This document shows positions 20,063 to 29,691 of a stretch of 64,000 nt of DNA, in pieces. The notes beneath the pieces are model-generated. The model saw nothing but the letters and a program-made list of their open reading frames with translations. It did not search any database and was not told the origin of the DNA. This DNA is from Caldilineaceae bacterium (GTDB taxonomy: Bacteria > Chloroflexota > Anaerolineae > Caldilineales > Caldilineaceae), in NCBI GenBank assembly GCA_034432375.1, contig DAOUCA010000171.1, forward strand, positions 1-64,000, given 5' to 3'. How positions within the stretch are numbered: position 1 is the first letter of the stretch; every line of letters starts with the position of its first letter. A program made the position numbers and the translations under genes.

Positions 20063-23000
20063 ATGAATAGATTCACACTCGCATTTCTCGGCCACTTTCA
20101 GGTCACTGTTGATGGCGTATCGGTCACCGATTTCCATTCGGATAAGGCGCGCGCCCTGCTCGCCTACCTGGCATTGGAACCACACGAACATGATCGCACG
20201 CTGTTGGCCACATTGCTCTGGCCGGAGATCGGTGACCAATATGCGCGCACGAACCTGCGCAACACGCTTTATCGTCTGCGGCAAACGCTGACGAACGCTC
20301 TACCGGAGGCCGGTGATCGCTTGCTGACCGTTACGCGTCAGACGGTACACTTTAACCCCACCGAGAGCGTAGTGGATGTTCTGCGCTTCCAGGAGTTGCT
20401 GAGTCGGCAATTGACGGCAACTGCTCCTGAACTTACCCAATGGGAAGAAATCATTGCGCTCTATCAGGGTGAATTGCTCATGGGCTTCAACGTTGCCGAT
20501 GCCGCGCCCTTTGAAGAGTGGCTGCTGCTGCGCCGCGAACTCCTGCACCAACAAGCATTGTTGCTCTTTCACAAGGTGGCAACGGCCCATGAAACCGCCG
20601 GTCGCTACGAGCAGGCATACACCGTCGTCGGTCGTCTGCTCCTGCTCGATCCCTACCGTGAGGAGACCTACCAGCAGGCGATGCGTCTGCTGGCGCGGAT
20701 GGGGCAACCGCACCTGGCGCTACAACAAGTAGAGCAGTTACGCAAAGTCCTGCATGAGGCGATGGGGGTGGCACCGGCGGAGGAGACCCTGGCTCTCGCG
20801 CGGCAGATTGCAAACGGCGAGTTTGACAACGTTGCAGCGTTGCAAGTAAACATGGCGCGTTCGCAATCGCCGCCGCTTGTCACTCCCTCAGTTCCTCCCC
20901 AGGTCACCCCGTCGCCGGCGCTTGACCTGGACGATGTGCCCGATCTCGGCCCCTTCTTTGGCAGAACTAATGAGTACCAGCAGCTTACCCAATGGCTGCT
21001 GCATGACCGCTGCAAAGTGGTGGCCATTCTGGGCATTGGCGGCTTGGGTAAAACCACATTGGCTGCGCAAGCGGTCCGCCGGATGGTCATGCATGAGAAG
21101 GGTGCGTCGTTTGACGCCGTTTTTTGGCGCTCGCTGGTGAATGCACCAGCGGTCACCGAGCTGCTCTCTCCGCTACTCCAATCCCTCTCCGCGCAACAAC
21201 TGACACAGATGCCGGAGAGCGTCGATGAGCAGCTACGCCTGCTCTTCCGCTATCTGCGCGATCGGCGCGTGTTGCTGATCCTCGACAACGTCGAGAGCAT
21301 TTTGGCACCGGGCGACGCCGGCGCTTACCGCCCCGGCTTCGAGCACTATGGTCAGCTCATCCTTCAAATGGCAACGTTGGAGCACCAGAGCCACCTCTTG
21401 TTGACCAGCCGCGAGCGACCACGCGAATATGAGCGGTTGGAGCGTGATCGGTATTCGGTCCAAACGTTGCAACTTGGCGGGTTGGATGACCAGACGGGGC
21501 GTCAACTGCTACTGCAGCGGGGGCTCCTTGGGGAGAGTGGGCAAGAGAGCCGGCTTATCCAGCGCTATTCGGGCAATCCGCTGGCGCTCAAATTAGTCGC
21601 TGATACCGTCGCTGATCTCTTTGAAGGCGATATTGATGAGTTTCTACAAGAAGATACGGTCGTCTTTGACGACATCCGCACCATCCTCGACCAGCAGTTT
21701 GCGCGTCTCTCAGCGCTGGAGCAGGATCTCCTTTTCTGGCTGGCGGTGGAGCGCGTGCCAACGGCGCTTGCCCAGTTGCGCCAAAACCTTCTGCCAGGAT
21801 CTGCCCAGCGCTTGGTGGTAGAGGCGTTGCGTGGGCTGCAACGCCGCAGCCTGATTGAACATTCCGCGGCCGGATTTGGGCTACAGAATGTGATTGTGGA
21901 ATATCTGAGCGAGCGCTTGATTGAGATCATCAGCAACGAACTCGAAAGGGGTGAGCTTGTGCTGTGCCATCGGGTTGCGCTGCTCAAAGCCCACGCCAAA
22001 ACGTATGTGCGTCAGAGTCAGGCCCGTATGCTGCTAGTGCCCTTGGGCAACCGTCTACTGAACAGCTTGGGTGGCGGCTTCAACGCCCATATCCAGCAGC
22101 GCTTGGCCGATCTACGCCGAGCAGAGTCAGGGACACCGAGCTATGCCGCCGGCACCATCCTCAATCTGTTGTTACAGCTAGGCATTGATGTCACCGGCTT
22201 TGATTTTTCCCGCCTCTCGCTCCGGCAACTCTTCTTACAGGGTCTGCGCTTGCCCACCGTTGACCTAACCGCAGCCGATCTCACCGGCGCCCGTTTTTCC
22301 GACATCTTTGACAACGTTTGCACGGTTTCCTATAGCCCGAATGGTGAATTCATTGCGATTGGCACACTCAGCGGCGAAATCCGCGTCTGGGCAACCACCG
22401 ATCAGACGCTGGTTGCCCTTTGGCAAGGTCATGAGGATGCCATTTGGTCCGTGGCCTTTAGCCCCGACAGCGAAATGCTGGCCAGCGGCAGTGGCGACCA
22501 AAGCGTGCGCCTTTGGGCCGTGCGCACCGGCCAACTGCGCCACACCCTGCGCGACCATACCAAAGGCGTGGGCGCGGTGGCCTTTAGCCCCGATGGGAAG
22601 GTGGTCGCCAGTGGCAGTACCGATCGCACCATCTGCTTGTGGGATGTGCAGCAGGGCAGCTTGTGGCACCGCTTGGACCGAACCGGCTGGGTGACCACGC
22701 TGGCATTCAGCCCGGAAAGCTGGAACGGTCGCTATCTGCTGGCCAGTGCCGGCGAAGATCGAGTTGTGCAGTTGTGGGCGCTCGCTACCGCCGCCGCGAG
22801 CAATGGCGTCCCTGATACAACGCCAGGGACAAGCACAGCGCAACTCGCCGACAAAGCCGATCTCATTCGCACGTTAGAGGGGCATGCCGGCTGGATCCGG
22901 TCGGTCGCCTTTAGCTCGGATGGCACCATGCTGGCCAGTGGCAGCTACGATCAAACGGTGCGCGTGTGGGAGGTGGCGACAGGGGAACAGCGCCAGCTTT

Positions 23001-24556
23001 TAGCCGGCCATACAAATGCTGTCTTAACTGTGGCCTTTGCCCCGGATGGCCAGTTGGTCGCCGGCGCCGGTCGCGATCAGACTGTCCGGCTGTGGCAGGT
23101 ACAGACCGGCCAACTCTTTCGGACATTCCTTGGACACACGGACTGGGTGCGCGGGGTGGCATTTCATCCGGACGGTTCAACGCTGACCAGTGGCGCCTTT
23201 GACCAGAAGCTCTGTTTTTGGTCCATCACTACAGGACAACTCGAACAGACGACGCAGGGCTATAGCAATCCGATCATGTCTATCGACTACAGCCCGGATG
23301 GCAATACCCTGGTCAACAGCGGCGCAGAGCATGTACACCTGTGGCATGGCGCAACCGGCCGGCTCCAACAAACACTCCGTGGACATACCAACCGGATCCG
23401 CTGTGTCGTCTTTGGGCCACCGCGCGCCGATGGCGGTCAGCTACTGGCCAGCGGCGGCTATGACAACACGATTCGCTTGTGGGCGTTGCCGACAGATGTA
23501 CCTGGTGCGCCGATTGGCAACTCGGCGACCGCTGCAGCGCCATGCCGCGTCTTGACTGGTCACACCGATGCCGTCCACTCCCTTGCGTTTAGTCCCGACG
23601 GTCAACTCTTAGCCAGCGGCAGTGACGACGGCACCGTCTGGCTCTGGGAGCTGTCGGCCAGCCTTGGCGTCGGTAGCGCCGGTACCGTACTCCATCGTGG
23701 ACGACAGGAGCGTGCCGCCCCGGTTTCGTCAGTGGCGTTTGCGCCCGGTGTACCAGGGCACGCATTGGTGTTGGCCAGCGCCAGCACCGATCAATCAATT
23801 TATCTGTGGGAGGTGACGCCGCCGCAGAGTAAGACTGAGACTACGTCTGCACCCGCAACCGGAGGCGGGACTACCATACACCATGCCTCCGCCGTTGCAC
23901 ACAAGCACACTGGGCGCTTGCTTGCGATTCTCCATGAACTGGTGGCCGGTAATCGCGTGATTGCCTTTCGGCCCTACCAAGAAGGTGTCATGCCCCTGCT
24001 TGCCAGCGGCGGGTACGATGGCGCGATCCGCTTGTGGGATCTCACGCCACTTTTCAGTGCAAAGCAAACGTCCGCAGGTACCCCCGATCAGCCTGGCCAC
24101 GCTGGCGCAGCGCCAAGTGAACTAACGGACCAGATTCAAGTGTGGCAAACGCTCCAGATCGGTAGCGGACGGGTCCGTTGTTTGGCCTTTAGCCCCGACG
24201 GACGGACGTTAGTCAGCGGCTCCACCGATCGCAACCTCTACGTGTGGGATGTTGCCGGCGGCGAGGTGCGTCAAACATTGGTTGGCCACAGGGATTGGGT
24301 CTTTTCGGTAGTCTTCCAGCCGGCTTCAGAGCCGGCCGGCCGGCTTCTCGCCAGCAGCAGTGCGGACGAAACGATCAAGATTTGGGATCTTCAGAGCGGC
24401 GTCTGTCTTAAAACGTTACGTCCGCCTGGCCCTTATGCCGGGATGAATATCACCGGCGTCACTGGGATTAGCGAGGCGCAGCGGGCTGCGCTCAAGGCGT
24501 TGGGCGCGGTGGAAGGAGCAGAAGAGACAGGGGCAGCGGAAGCTGGTTTGCACTGA
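20063..24556 (+). CDS. SARP/AfsR-family regulator - NB-ARC - WD40 STAND protein (paralogue of 12126-16430)
   Basis: I trimmed the start to the ATG at 20063 (MNRFTLAFLGHFQVTVDG). The P-loop is GIGGLGKTTLA, followed by many WD40 units. The C-terminal tail YAGMNITGVTGISEAQRAALKALGAVE is identical to the paralogue's. Confidence 0.85.
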   Translation: MNRFTLAFLGHFQVTVDGVSVTDFHSDKARALLAYLALEPHEHDRTLLATLLWPEIGDQYARTNLRNTLYRLRQTLTNALPEAGDRLLTVTRQTVHFNPTESVVDVLRFQELLSRQLTATAPELTQWEEIIALYQGELLMGFNVADAAPFEEWLLLRRELLHQQALLLFHKVATAHETAGRYEQAYTVVGRLLLLDPYREETYQQAMRLLARMGQPHLALQQVEQLRKVLHEAMGVAPAEETLALARQIANGEFDNVAALQVNMARSQSPPLVTPSVPPQVTPSPALDLDDVPDLGPFFGRTNEYQQLTQWLLHDRCKVVAILGIGGLGKTTLAAQAVRRMVMHEKGASFDAVFWRSLVNAPAVTELLSPLLQSLSAQQLTQMPESVDEQLRLLFRYLRDRRVLLILDNVESILAPGDAGAYRPGFEHYGQLILQMATLEHQSHLLLTSRERPREYERLERDRYSVQTLQLGGLDDQTGRQLLLQRGLLGESGQESRLIQRYSGNPLALKLVADTVADLFEGDIDEFLQEDTVVFDDIRTILDQQFARLSALEQDLLFWLAVERVPTALAQLRQNLLPGSAQRLVVEALRGLQRRSLIEHSAAGFGLQNVIVEYLSERLIEIISNELERGELVLCHRVALLKAHAKTYVRQSQARMLLVPLGNRLLNSLGGGFNAHIQQRLADLRRAESGTPSYAAGTILNLLLQLGIDVTGFDFSRLSLRQLFLQGLRLPTVDLTAADLTGARFSDIFDNVCTVSYSPNGEFIAIGTLSGEIRVWATTDQTLVALWQGHEDAIWSVAFSPDSEMLASGSGDQSVRLWAVRTGQLRHTLRDHTKGVGAVAFSPDGKVVASGSTDRTICLWDVQQGSLWHRLDRTGWVTTLAFSPESWNGRYLLASAGEDRVVQLWALATAAASNGVPDTTPGTSTAQLADKADLIRTLEGHAGWIRSVAFSSDGTMLASGSYDQTVRVWEVATGEQRQLLAGHTNAVLTVAFAPDGQLVAGAGRDQTVRLWQVQTGQLFRTFLGHTDWVRGVAFHPDGSTLTSGAFDQKLCFWSITTGQLEQTTQGYSNPIMSIDYSPDGNTLVNSGAEHVHLWHGATGRLQQTLRGHTNRIRCVVFGPPRADGGQLLASGGYDNTIRLWALPTDVPGAPIGNSATAAAPCRVLTGHTDAVHSLAFSPDGQLLASGSDDGTVWLWELSASLGVGSAGTVLHRGRQERAAPVSSVAFAPGVPGHALVLASASTDQSIYLWEVTPPQSKTETTSAPATGGGTTIHHASAVAHKHTGRLLAILHELVAGNRVIAFRPYQEGVMPLLASGGYDGAIRLWDLTPLFSAKQTSAGTPDQPGHAGAAPSELTDQIQVWQTLQIGSGRVRCLAFSPDGRTLVSGSTDRNLYVWDVAGGEVRQTLVGHRDWVFSVVFQPASEPAGRLLASSSADETIKIWDLQSGVCLKTLRPPGPYAGMNITGVTGISEAQRAALKALGAVEGAEETGAAEAGLH

Positions 24557-25028
24557 GCAAGTTTCATTGTGATGGATATCGAAGAATTAGATACAACCTA
24601 ATGGATTCGTGATACGAAACGACATTGTCCGCTCACTCGACAAATTGTACCCAAGACAAAACCTCACACTGAGAGCATCCCCACAATTGGGGGTGAATTC
24701 GGCTACTCCGTACCTGCTGGAAACCGTTGCCCCCACGATGGCACAGGTACGCCAGATGGCCATGTGATGATCTTGCCACTGCTTCGACACCACTTCGACA
24801 CCACTTCTTAATGTAACTGCGTTGCTGTCGGCAGCGTGGTGGGAAGGTGAACCCTGGTGAAGCAAGGAGACATCTGACAAGGCAGCAACACACGCAACTA
24901 CGCGATCTGTCCCATAAATGTCAGGAAGCTGCCCATCCTTGGTGCTATGCTAAACTCCATGCCGCGCAGTCAAGCAGAGACCACTCGGAGGCGTCTGCCG
25001 TAATCCCTGTCGGCAAAAGGTAATAGCG

Positions 25029-27014
25029 ATGATTGGTTCTATAATCCTTCAAATTTTGTTATTAATTGGGGCGCTCTGTCTCCTGGGGCTGCTCTTCCTG
25101 TGGGTGCGCTATATCCCCAACACACGAGTGGGCATTGTCGAGAAACGCTATAGCAGCAAAGGCTCGATCAAAAGCGGCTTTATTGCGCTCAATGGGGAGG
25201 CGGGCTTTCAGCCCAATCTGCTGCGTGGCGGCGTTCATTTTCTGACGCCCTTTCAATATGCCGTGCACATGGCACCACTGGTGACTATCCCGCAAGGGCG
25301 CATTGGCTATATCTTTGCGCGCGATGGCCAACCGTTGAGCCCCACCCAGGTGCTCGCTTCCAATGAAACGGCACACGATTTTCAGGATGTGGTCAGCTTT
25401 ATGCAGGCCGGTGGCCAGCGCGGCCCCCAACGGATGATCCTGCGTGAAGGCACCTACGCCATCAATCTAGCGCAGTTTGTCGTCATCACCGCCGAGAAGG
25501 TCTATACATTGGCCCTAAACCGTGACGACGATGCCGTGATTCACCAGATGGCGGATTTGATTACGCAGCGCAATGGCTTTACGCCAGTCGTGCTCAAGGA
25601 TGCCGATGACTCGGTCGGCGTGGTGACGGTGCACGATGGGCCGTCGCTGCCCCAAGGCGAGATTATTGCGCCGCCGGTGGGCGATGATCCAGCCGTTGAG
25701 AGCACCTATCACAACAAATTCCAGGATCCCGACCGCTTCTTGAAGGCGAATGGCATGCGCGGCCGACAGCTGCAGATGTTGGTCGAAGGCACCTATTACA
25801 TCAACCGTCTCTTTGCCACCATCGAGATGATCCCGAAAACGGTAATCGATGTCGGCATGGTCGGGGTTGTCGTCTCGTACACCGGCAACATTGGTGCCGA
25901 TCTGTCGGGCATCGACTACAAACATGGCGAGTTGGTCAACCGTGGCAACCGCGGTGTCTGGAACGAGCCGCTGCTGCCGGGCAAATATGCCTTTAATACC
26001 TATGCCGGCCAGGTGGTGCTGGTGCCGACGACCAATATCATTCTGAAGTGGAATCGGCGCGAGATTGGCTCCCATCGCTTTGATGAGAATCTGGCCGAAG
26101 TGTCGCTGATCACCAAAGATGCCTTTGAGCCGCTGTTGCCGCTCTCGGTGGTGGTGCACATTGATTACCGCAAAGCACCGTTGGTAATTCAGCGTTTTGG
26201 CGATGTCAAGCGGCTGGTTGAGCAGACCCTGGACCCGCTGGTGGCCGCCTATTTCAAGAACATCGGCCAAACCCGCACGTTGATCCAGTTGATCCACGAA
26301 CGTAGCGAGATCCAGGATCTCTCCAGCCGCGATATGCATGAGAAATTTGCACGCTACAATCTGGAGTTGGAAGAGGTGCTAATTGGTACGCCGACCTCTT
26401 CGCAAGGTGATACGCACATCGAAAATATTCTGACGCAATTACGTTCGCGCCAGATTGCGATGGAGCAGATCGAGACCTATGCGCGCCAGCAGGATGCCGC
26501 GGTCAAGGAGCGCGAGTTGCGCGAAGCCCAATCGCGTGCGCTGCAACAGACCAAGATCACCGAGTCCGAATTGAGCATTACGGTGCAGGGCAACGAGGGC
26601 AAGGCAGAGTACCAACGGGCGCTACAGCAGGCCGCACAGATCCGGGCGCTGGCCGAAGCCGAAGCCGAGAAAGCCGCCCGCATCGGTATCGGTCAGGCGA
26701 TTGCCGTCGAGGAACAGGTCCGTGCCTATGGTGGCCCGCAATACCAAGTGACCCAGCAGGTGATGAACCGCTTTGCCGAAGCGATCCAACAGGCCAAGGT
26801 CGATGTGGTGCCACGTGTGGTCATCGGTGGCAATGGCAGCGGCGATGGTGGGCAGTACAATTTGATGGAGGGGCTGATGGCGATTCTGCTCTCCGAACGG
26901 ATGGGGGTTGCCGTCAATGATAGTACCGGCAGTGCGCCGGCCAAACCCGAGGTGGTAGCGCTGCGGGAACAGATCTACCAAGGATTAAGCGCAAAAGCGA
27001 AAGAACAGGAATAG
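25029..27014 (+). CDS. SPFH/band-7 domain protein, flotillin-like (YqiK/FloT type), with an N-terminal TM anchor and a C-terminal Ala/Glu-rich coiled coil
   Basis: It has an N-terminal hydrophobic helix, an SPFH core and an EAEA-type coiled coil (ALAEAEAEKAARIGIGQAIAVEE). The RBS is AAAGGTAA. Confidence 0.8.
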   Translation: MIGSIILQILLLIGALCLLGLLFLWVRYIPNTRVGIVEKRYSSKGSIKSGFIALNGEAGFQPNLLRGGVHFLTPFQYAVHMAPLVTIPQGRIGYIFARDGQPLSPTQVLASNETAHDFQDVVSFMQAGGQRGPQRMILREGTYAINLAQFVVITAEKVYTLALNRDDDAVIHQMADLITQRNGFTPVVLKDADDSVGVVTVHDGPSLPQGEIIAPPVGDDPAVESTYHNKFQDPDRFLKANGMRGRQLQMLVEGTYYINRLFATIEMIPKTVIDVGMVGVVVSYTGNIGADLSGIDYKHGELVNRGNRGVWNEPLLPGKYAFNTYAGQVVLVPTTNIILKWNRREIGSHRFDENLAEVSLITKDAFEPLLPLSVVVHIDYRKAPLVIQRFGDVKRLVEQTLDPLVAAYFKNIGQTRTLIQLIHERSEIQDLSSRDMHEKFARYNLELEEVLIGTPTSSQGDTHIENILTQLRSRQIAMEQIETYARQQDAAVKERELREAQSRALQQTKITESELSITVQGNEGKAEYQRALQQAAQIRALAEAEAEKAARIGIGQAIAVEEQVRAYGGPQYQVTQQVMNRFAEAIQQAKVDVVPRVVIGGNGSGDGGQYNLMEGLMAILLSERMGVAVNDSTGSAPAKPEVVALREQIYQGLSAKAKEQE

Positions 27015-27089
27015 CCGCTGCTGGTGCCAACGCTCCGGCGTAGGCACCTCTCTCTGGCGCTCCAGCGGATTAACAAAATACCGAAGTAC

Positions 27090-27144
27090 GGAGGCTGAGC
27101 TTGTCGAAGCCGTAGCGGCTACGGCTTCGACAAGCTCAGCCTCC
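27090..27144 (+). other. 55-bp essentially perfect palindrome (27-bp arms GGAGGCTGAGCTTGTCGAAGCCGTAGC with a 1-nt centre) 76 nt downstream of the flotillin stop
   Basis: Read directly. There is no U-tract after it. It may be a terminator or processing hairpin, or a protein-binding site. Confidence 0.6.
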
Positions 27145-27535
27145 GCTCATTGTCCTGTTTAATGCTTAACTTGTTCCAGCATCTAGTCGCCGTGGGCAGG
27201 GTGGGCTGTGCTCGGTACTGCAAATTTCTTGATGTTAGGGCCAATTGGCCTACAAGCGCCCCGTGTGTATATAATACGACCGTTTTCTTAATGGTCAGTG
27301 CCCTGCCGCCAGTTGTGGACTGGCTAGTGACAAATAGAGTTGTTGCTAATTAAATGCTGAGGCTGAAGTGACTGTCACCTAGATCCGTTAAAAAGCAACA
27401 ACTCTATTGATTGCACGCTAGACCGCGGTTGTGACGAGAAGATGCGTTTTTCGACCATTTACCAGACAAGCAAAACGCATCTTCTCGTACAGAGCTTAGT
27501 TTAGACGGGCCAGGGCTTTGCGACAAAGGGCAACT

Positions 27536-29137
27536 ATGCTAGGACAATTTGGTTCACGCATTAATCGCGTTACTTGTTACCGCTCAGCGCTGCTCTGGAC
27601 AGCGCTCGGCTTCATGCTGATTAACTCGGTAGTGGGCGCTGCATCGACCAGAGCAACGGCAGCGCCATTGCAGCCTTCTCGGCAATGGTACCTAGGCAAC
27701 GCGCTTGTGCAGCCAGCAGGCACAGCCGGTGCGCAAGCCTTTATCGAAGTCACCCCTTACGGCAACATCAACGCCAGCACCTACAATGACAATGCCTTTC
27801 GCATTACCAACAACGCCACCGCCGGCCAGAGCATCACCTCCCTCACCGTCGACCTGCGCACCACGATCTTGCCCGACATTGTCTTCGACCCCGATGGCAA
27901 AGCCGGTGATCTCGTCGCCAAAGCTTTTACCCCCAACGACGGCAGCGCGGCAACCGGCTACGTCAGCCACCAGTTAAGTGACTTCCACAATGGCATTGAC
28001 GACAGCGAAGGCTTTGACCGGCTACAGGTGAGCTTCAATGATTTTAACCCCGGCGAGAATTTTGGTTTTTCGATTGATATCGACCCGACGACGATCAAGG
28101 GGACAAATTCGCCTGGCCCTGGCGAATCTGGCAGCGTCTCCGGCTTGGAATTGATCGGTGCCACCATCACCGTCAGCTTTAGCGATGGCAACACCATCAG
28201 CGCGCACTTGTTCCATCGCGAAAACAGTGACAGCGGCTCCGAAGCAATAGTGCACGCCAGCGCGCCGGCAGCACCAACCATTGCGATCCCTGGCGTCACC
28301 ACACCGACGACCCTCTTTAGCGCCGCGCAAAACATCCAGGTCAACGCCCCTGCCGGCAGCACCGTGCGGCTCTTGCGCGTGGAAGGGGCGCTCTTTGAAC
28401 AGACGGGCGGTGGCTATGATGTGGATCCCTTTGAGGCCAACAGCGCGGTAACCTGGCAGGAGCAGAGCGCCACCGTTGATAACAGCGGGCTGGTCACCGT
28501 TCCCGTCACGTTGACCAAGAGCAATACCGACGGTGGACTCAATTATCTGGTGGCCGTGGTCGAAGCGAGTGACGACACAACCGGCGCGACCTCCAACCTG
28601 CTTGTGATCGACTATGCGCCCGAAGGCAACGCCGCACCGACGATTGCGCCAATTGCCAACCAAAGCAGCACCGAAGGGGCAACGGTCGCCGTAACGGTGA
28701 CGGCAACCGATCCAGACAACCGACCGCAGCCCCTTACCTTTAGCGCCACCAACCTACCTCCAGGGCTGACCATCAACGCCACGACCGGACAGATTGGTGG
28801 CACCATTGCTGCCGGCTGCGCTGCCGGCAGTCCCTATGCCGTCAGCATTAATGTCAGCGACGGTGCGGATAGCGCCGACACAACCTTTCAATGGAGCGTA
28901 AGCCCACCGCCAACCGGCACCCCACCCACCAGGACACCGACCCCCATTGTAACCCCTTCGGCAACAGCCACAGCAACCAGTCCGGCCTCATCCACGGCGA
29001 CGGCTACTGCGACCGCAACGGCCACCCCCACGGCGACACTAGAACGCACCGCCACCCCCACTCCCACGCCGACCGCCACCATTGATCCCCAAACGGGAGG
29101 GGAACAGAGGATTTTGCTGCCACTGATCCGTCGGTAG
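27536..29137 (+). CDS. Secreted protein with a signal peptide and a dystroglycan-type cadherin-like (Cadg/He_PIG) domain, a Pro/Thr/Ala-rich linker, and C-terminal tail ...GGEQRILLPLIRR
   Basis: I trimmed the start to the ATG at 27536 (MLGQFGSRINRVTCYRSALLWTALGFMLINSVVGAAS); the ORF track begins at a TTG at 27518. The RBS is AAAGGG. The Cadg-like block is APTIAPIANQSSTEGATVAVTVTATDPDN...LTFSATNLPPGLTINATTGQIGG. Confidence 0.75.
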   Translation: MLGQFGSRINRVTCYRSALLWTALGFMLINSVVGAASTRATAAPLQPSRQWYLGNALVQPAGTAGAQAFIEVTPYGNINASTYNDNAFRITNNATAGQSITSLTVDLRTTILPDIVFDPDGKAGDLVAKAFTPNDGSAATGYVSHQLSDFHNGIDDSEGFDRLQVSFNDFNPGENFGFSIDIDPTTIKGTNSPGPGESGSVSGLELIGATITVSFSDGNTISAHLFHRENSDSGSEAIVHASAPAAPTIAIPGVTTPTTLFSAAQNIQVNAPAGSTVRLLRVEGALFEQTGGGYDVDPFEANSAVTWQEQSATVDNSGLVTVPVTLTKSNTDGGLNYLVAVVEASDDTTGATSNLLVIDYAPEGNAAPTIAPIANQSSTEGATVAVTVTATDPDNRPQPLTFSATNLPPGLTINATTGQIGGTIAAGCAAGSPYAVSINVSDGADSADTTFQWSVSPPPTGTPPTRTPTPIVTPSATATATSPASSTATATATATATPTATLERTATPTPTPTATIDPQTGGEQRILLPLIRR

Positions 29138-29308
29138 AAGGGGGAGATTGAAGGGGAAGAAGTGACTGGCTGTACGTGCCATGTGCCTATCCTCCTGCGT
29201 GACGTTCTAACCAATCATCAAACCGTTTGGATCAGATCGTATAGGTCCATCATGATCATTAACAGAGAGATGCCCTCGTCCCGTAGGGACGCTTGATCTT
29301 AGGGAATT

Positions 29309-29674
29309 TTACACCTCCAGCCGTGCGCAGTTGGCTACGTGGTTCACTTGTCCATTGCCCTGCCGATCTGCTTGACGGTAAGTAAGAAACGCCCGGAACA
29401 AGGCAAAGAAGCGAGCTAAAGCAGCGGCCTCATCATCGGTCTGCGCCAAAATCAACCGAGACCAGCTTTCCGTTGTCTGGATCTTCAATTGCTGCTGCAG
29501 CCACGGCTGAAAAGCCCGAAATTCCTGCTCTTGTGCGGATAGGGGTAGCTCCATCTGGCGGCGGGCAAATTGGTAACCGTTAAGGAACATGTAGAGGTTG
29601 CTCAGCGAAGGCGCGCCAATATAAAGACCGGGCTTAGCTTGGATCTGGTGGAGCAGGTCGTATAGGTCGATCAT
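29309..29674 (-). CDS. Hypothetical 121-aa protein, a candidate immunity partner of the upstream 110-aa toxin-like protein
   Basis: Start at the ATG at 29674 with the RBS GAGGGAA; the ORF track instead uses a TTG at 29695 that overlaps the upstream stop (TTGA). The protein begins MIDLYDLLHQIQAKPGLYIGAPSLSNLYMFLNGYQFA. Confidence 0.5.
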   Translation of the reverse strand: MIDLYDLLHQIQAKPGLYIGAPSLSNLYMFLNGYQFARRQMELPLSAQEQEFRAFQPWLQQQLKIQTTESWSRLILAQTDDEAAALARFFALFRAFLTYRQADRQGNGQVNHVANCARLEV

Positions 29675-29691
29675 CGTATATTCCCTCGCAA

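Noticed and set aside
12126-24556. Interpretation of the two NB-ARC-WD40 proteins as Avs-like antiviral STAND defence proteins
   Set aside because: Their N-terminal domain is a SARP/BTAD DNA-binding module (LGPFAV...ARALLAYLA...LWPE), not a nuclease, protease or other effector. They fit AfsR-type transcriptional regulators.
24587-24893. Two overlapping ~90-aa minus-strand ORFs in the 470-bp spacer before flotillin
   Set aside because: No RBS and low-complexity products. The spacer contains a CTTCGACACCA x2 repeat but no convincing gene.
25515-26339. 274-aa minus-strand ORF within the flotillin gene
   Set aside because: It is antisense to the SPFH/flotillin ORF.
28022-28663. 213-aa minus-strand ORF within the cadherin-like gene
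   Set aside because: It is antisense to the secreted protein with signal peptide.
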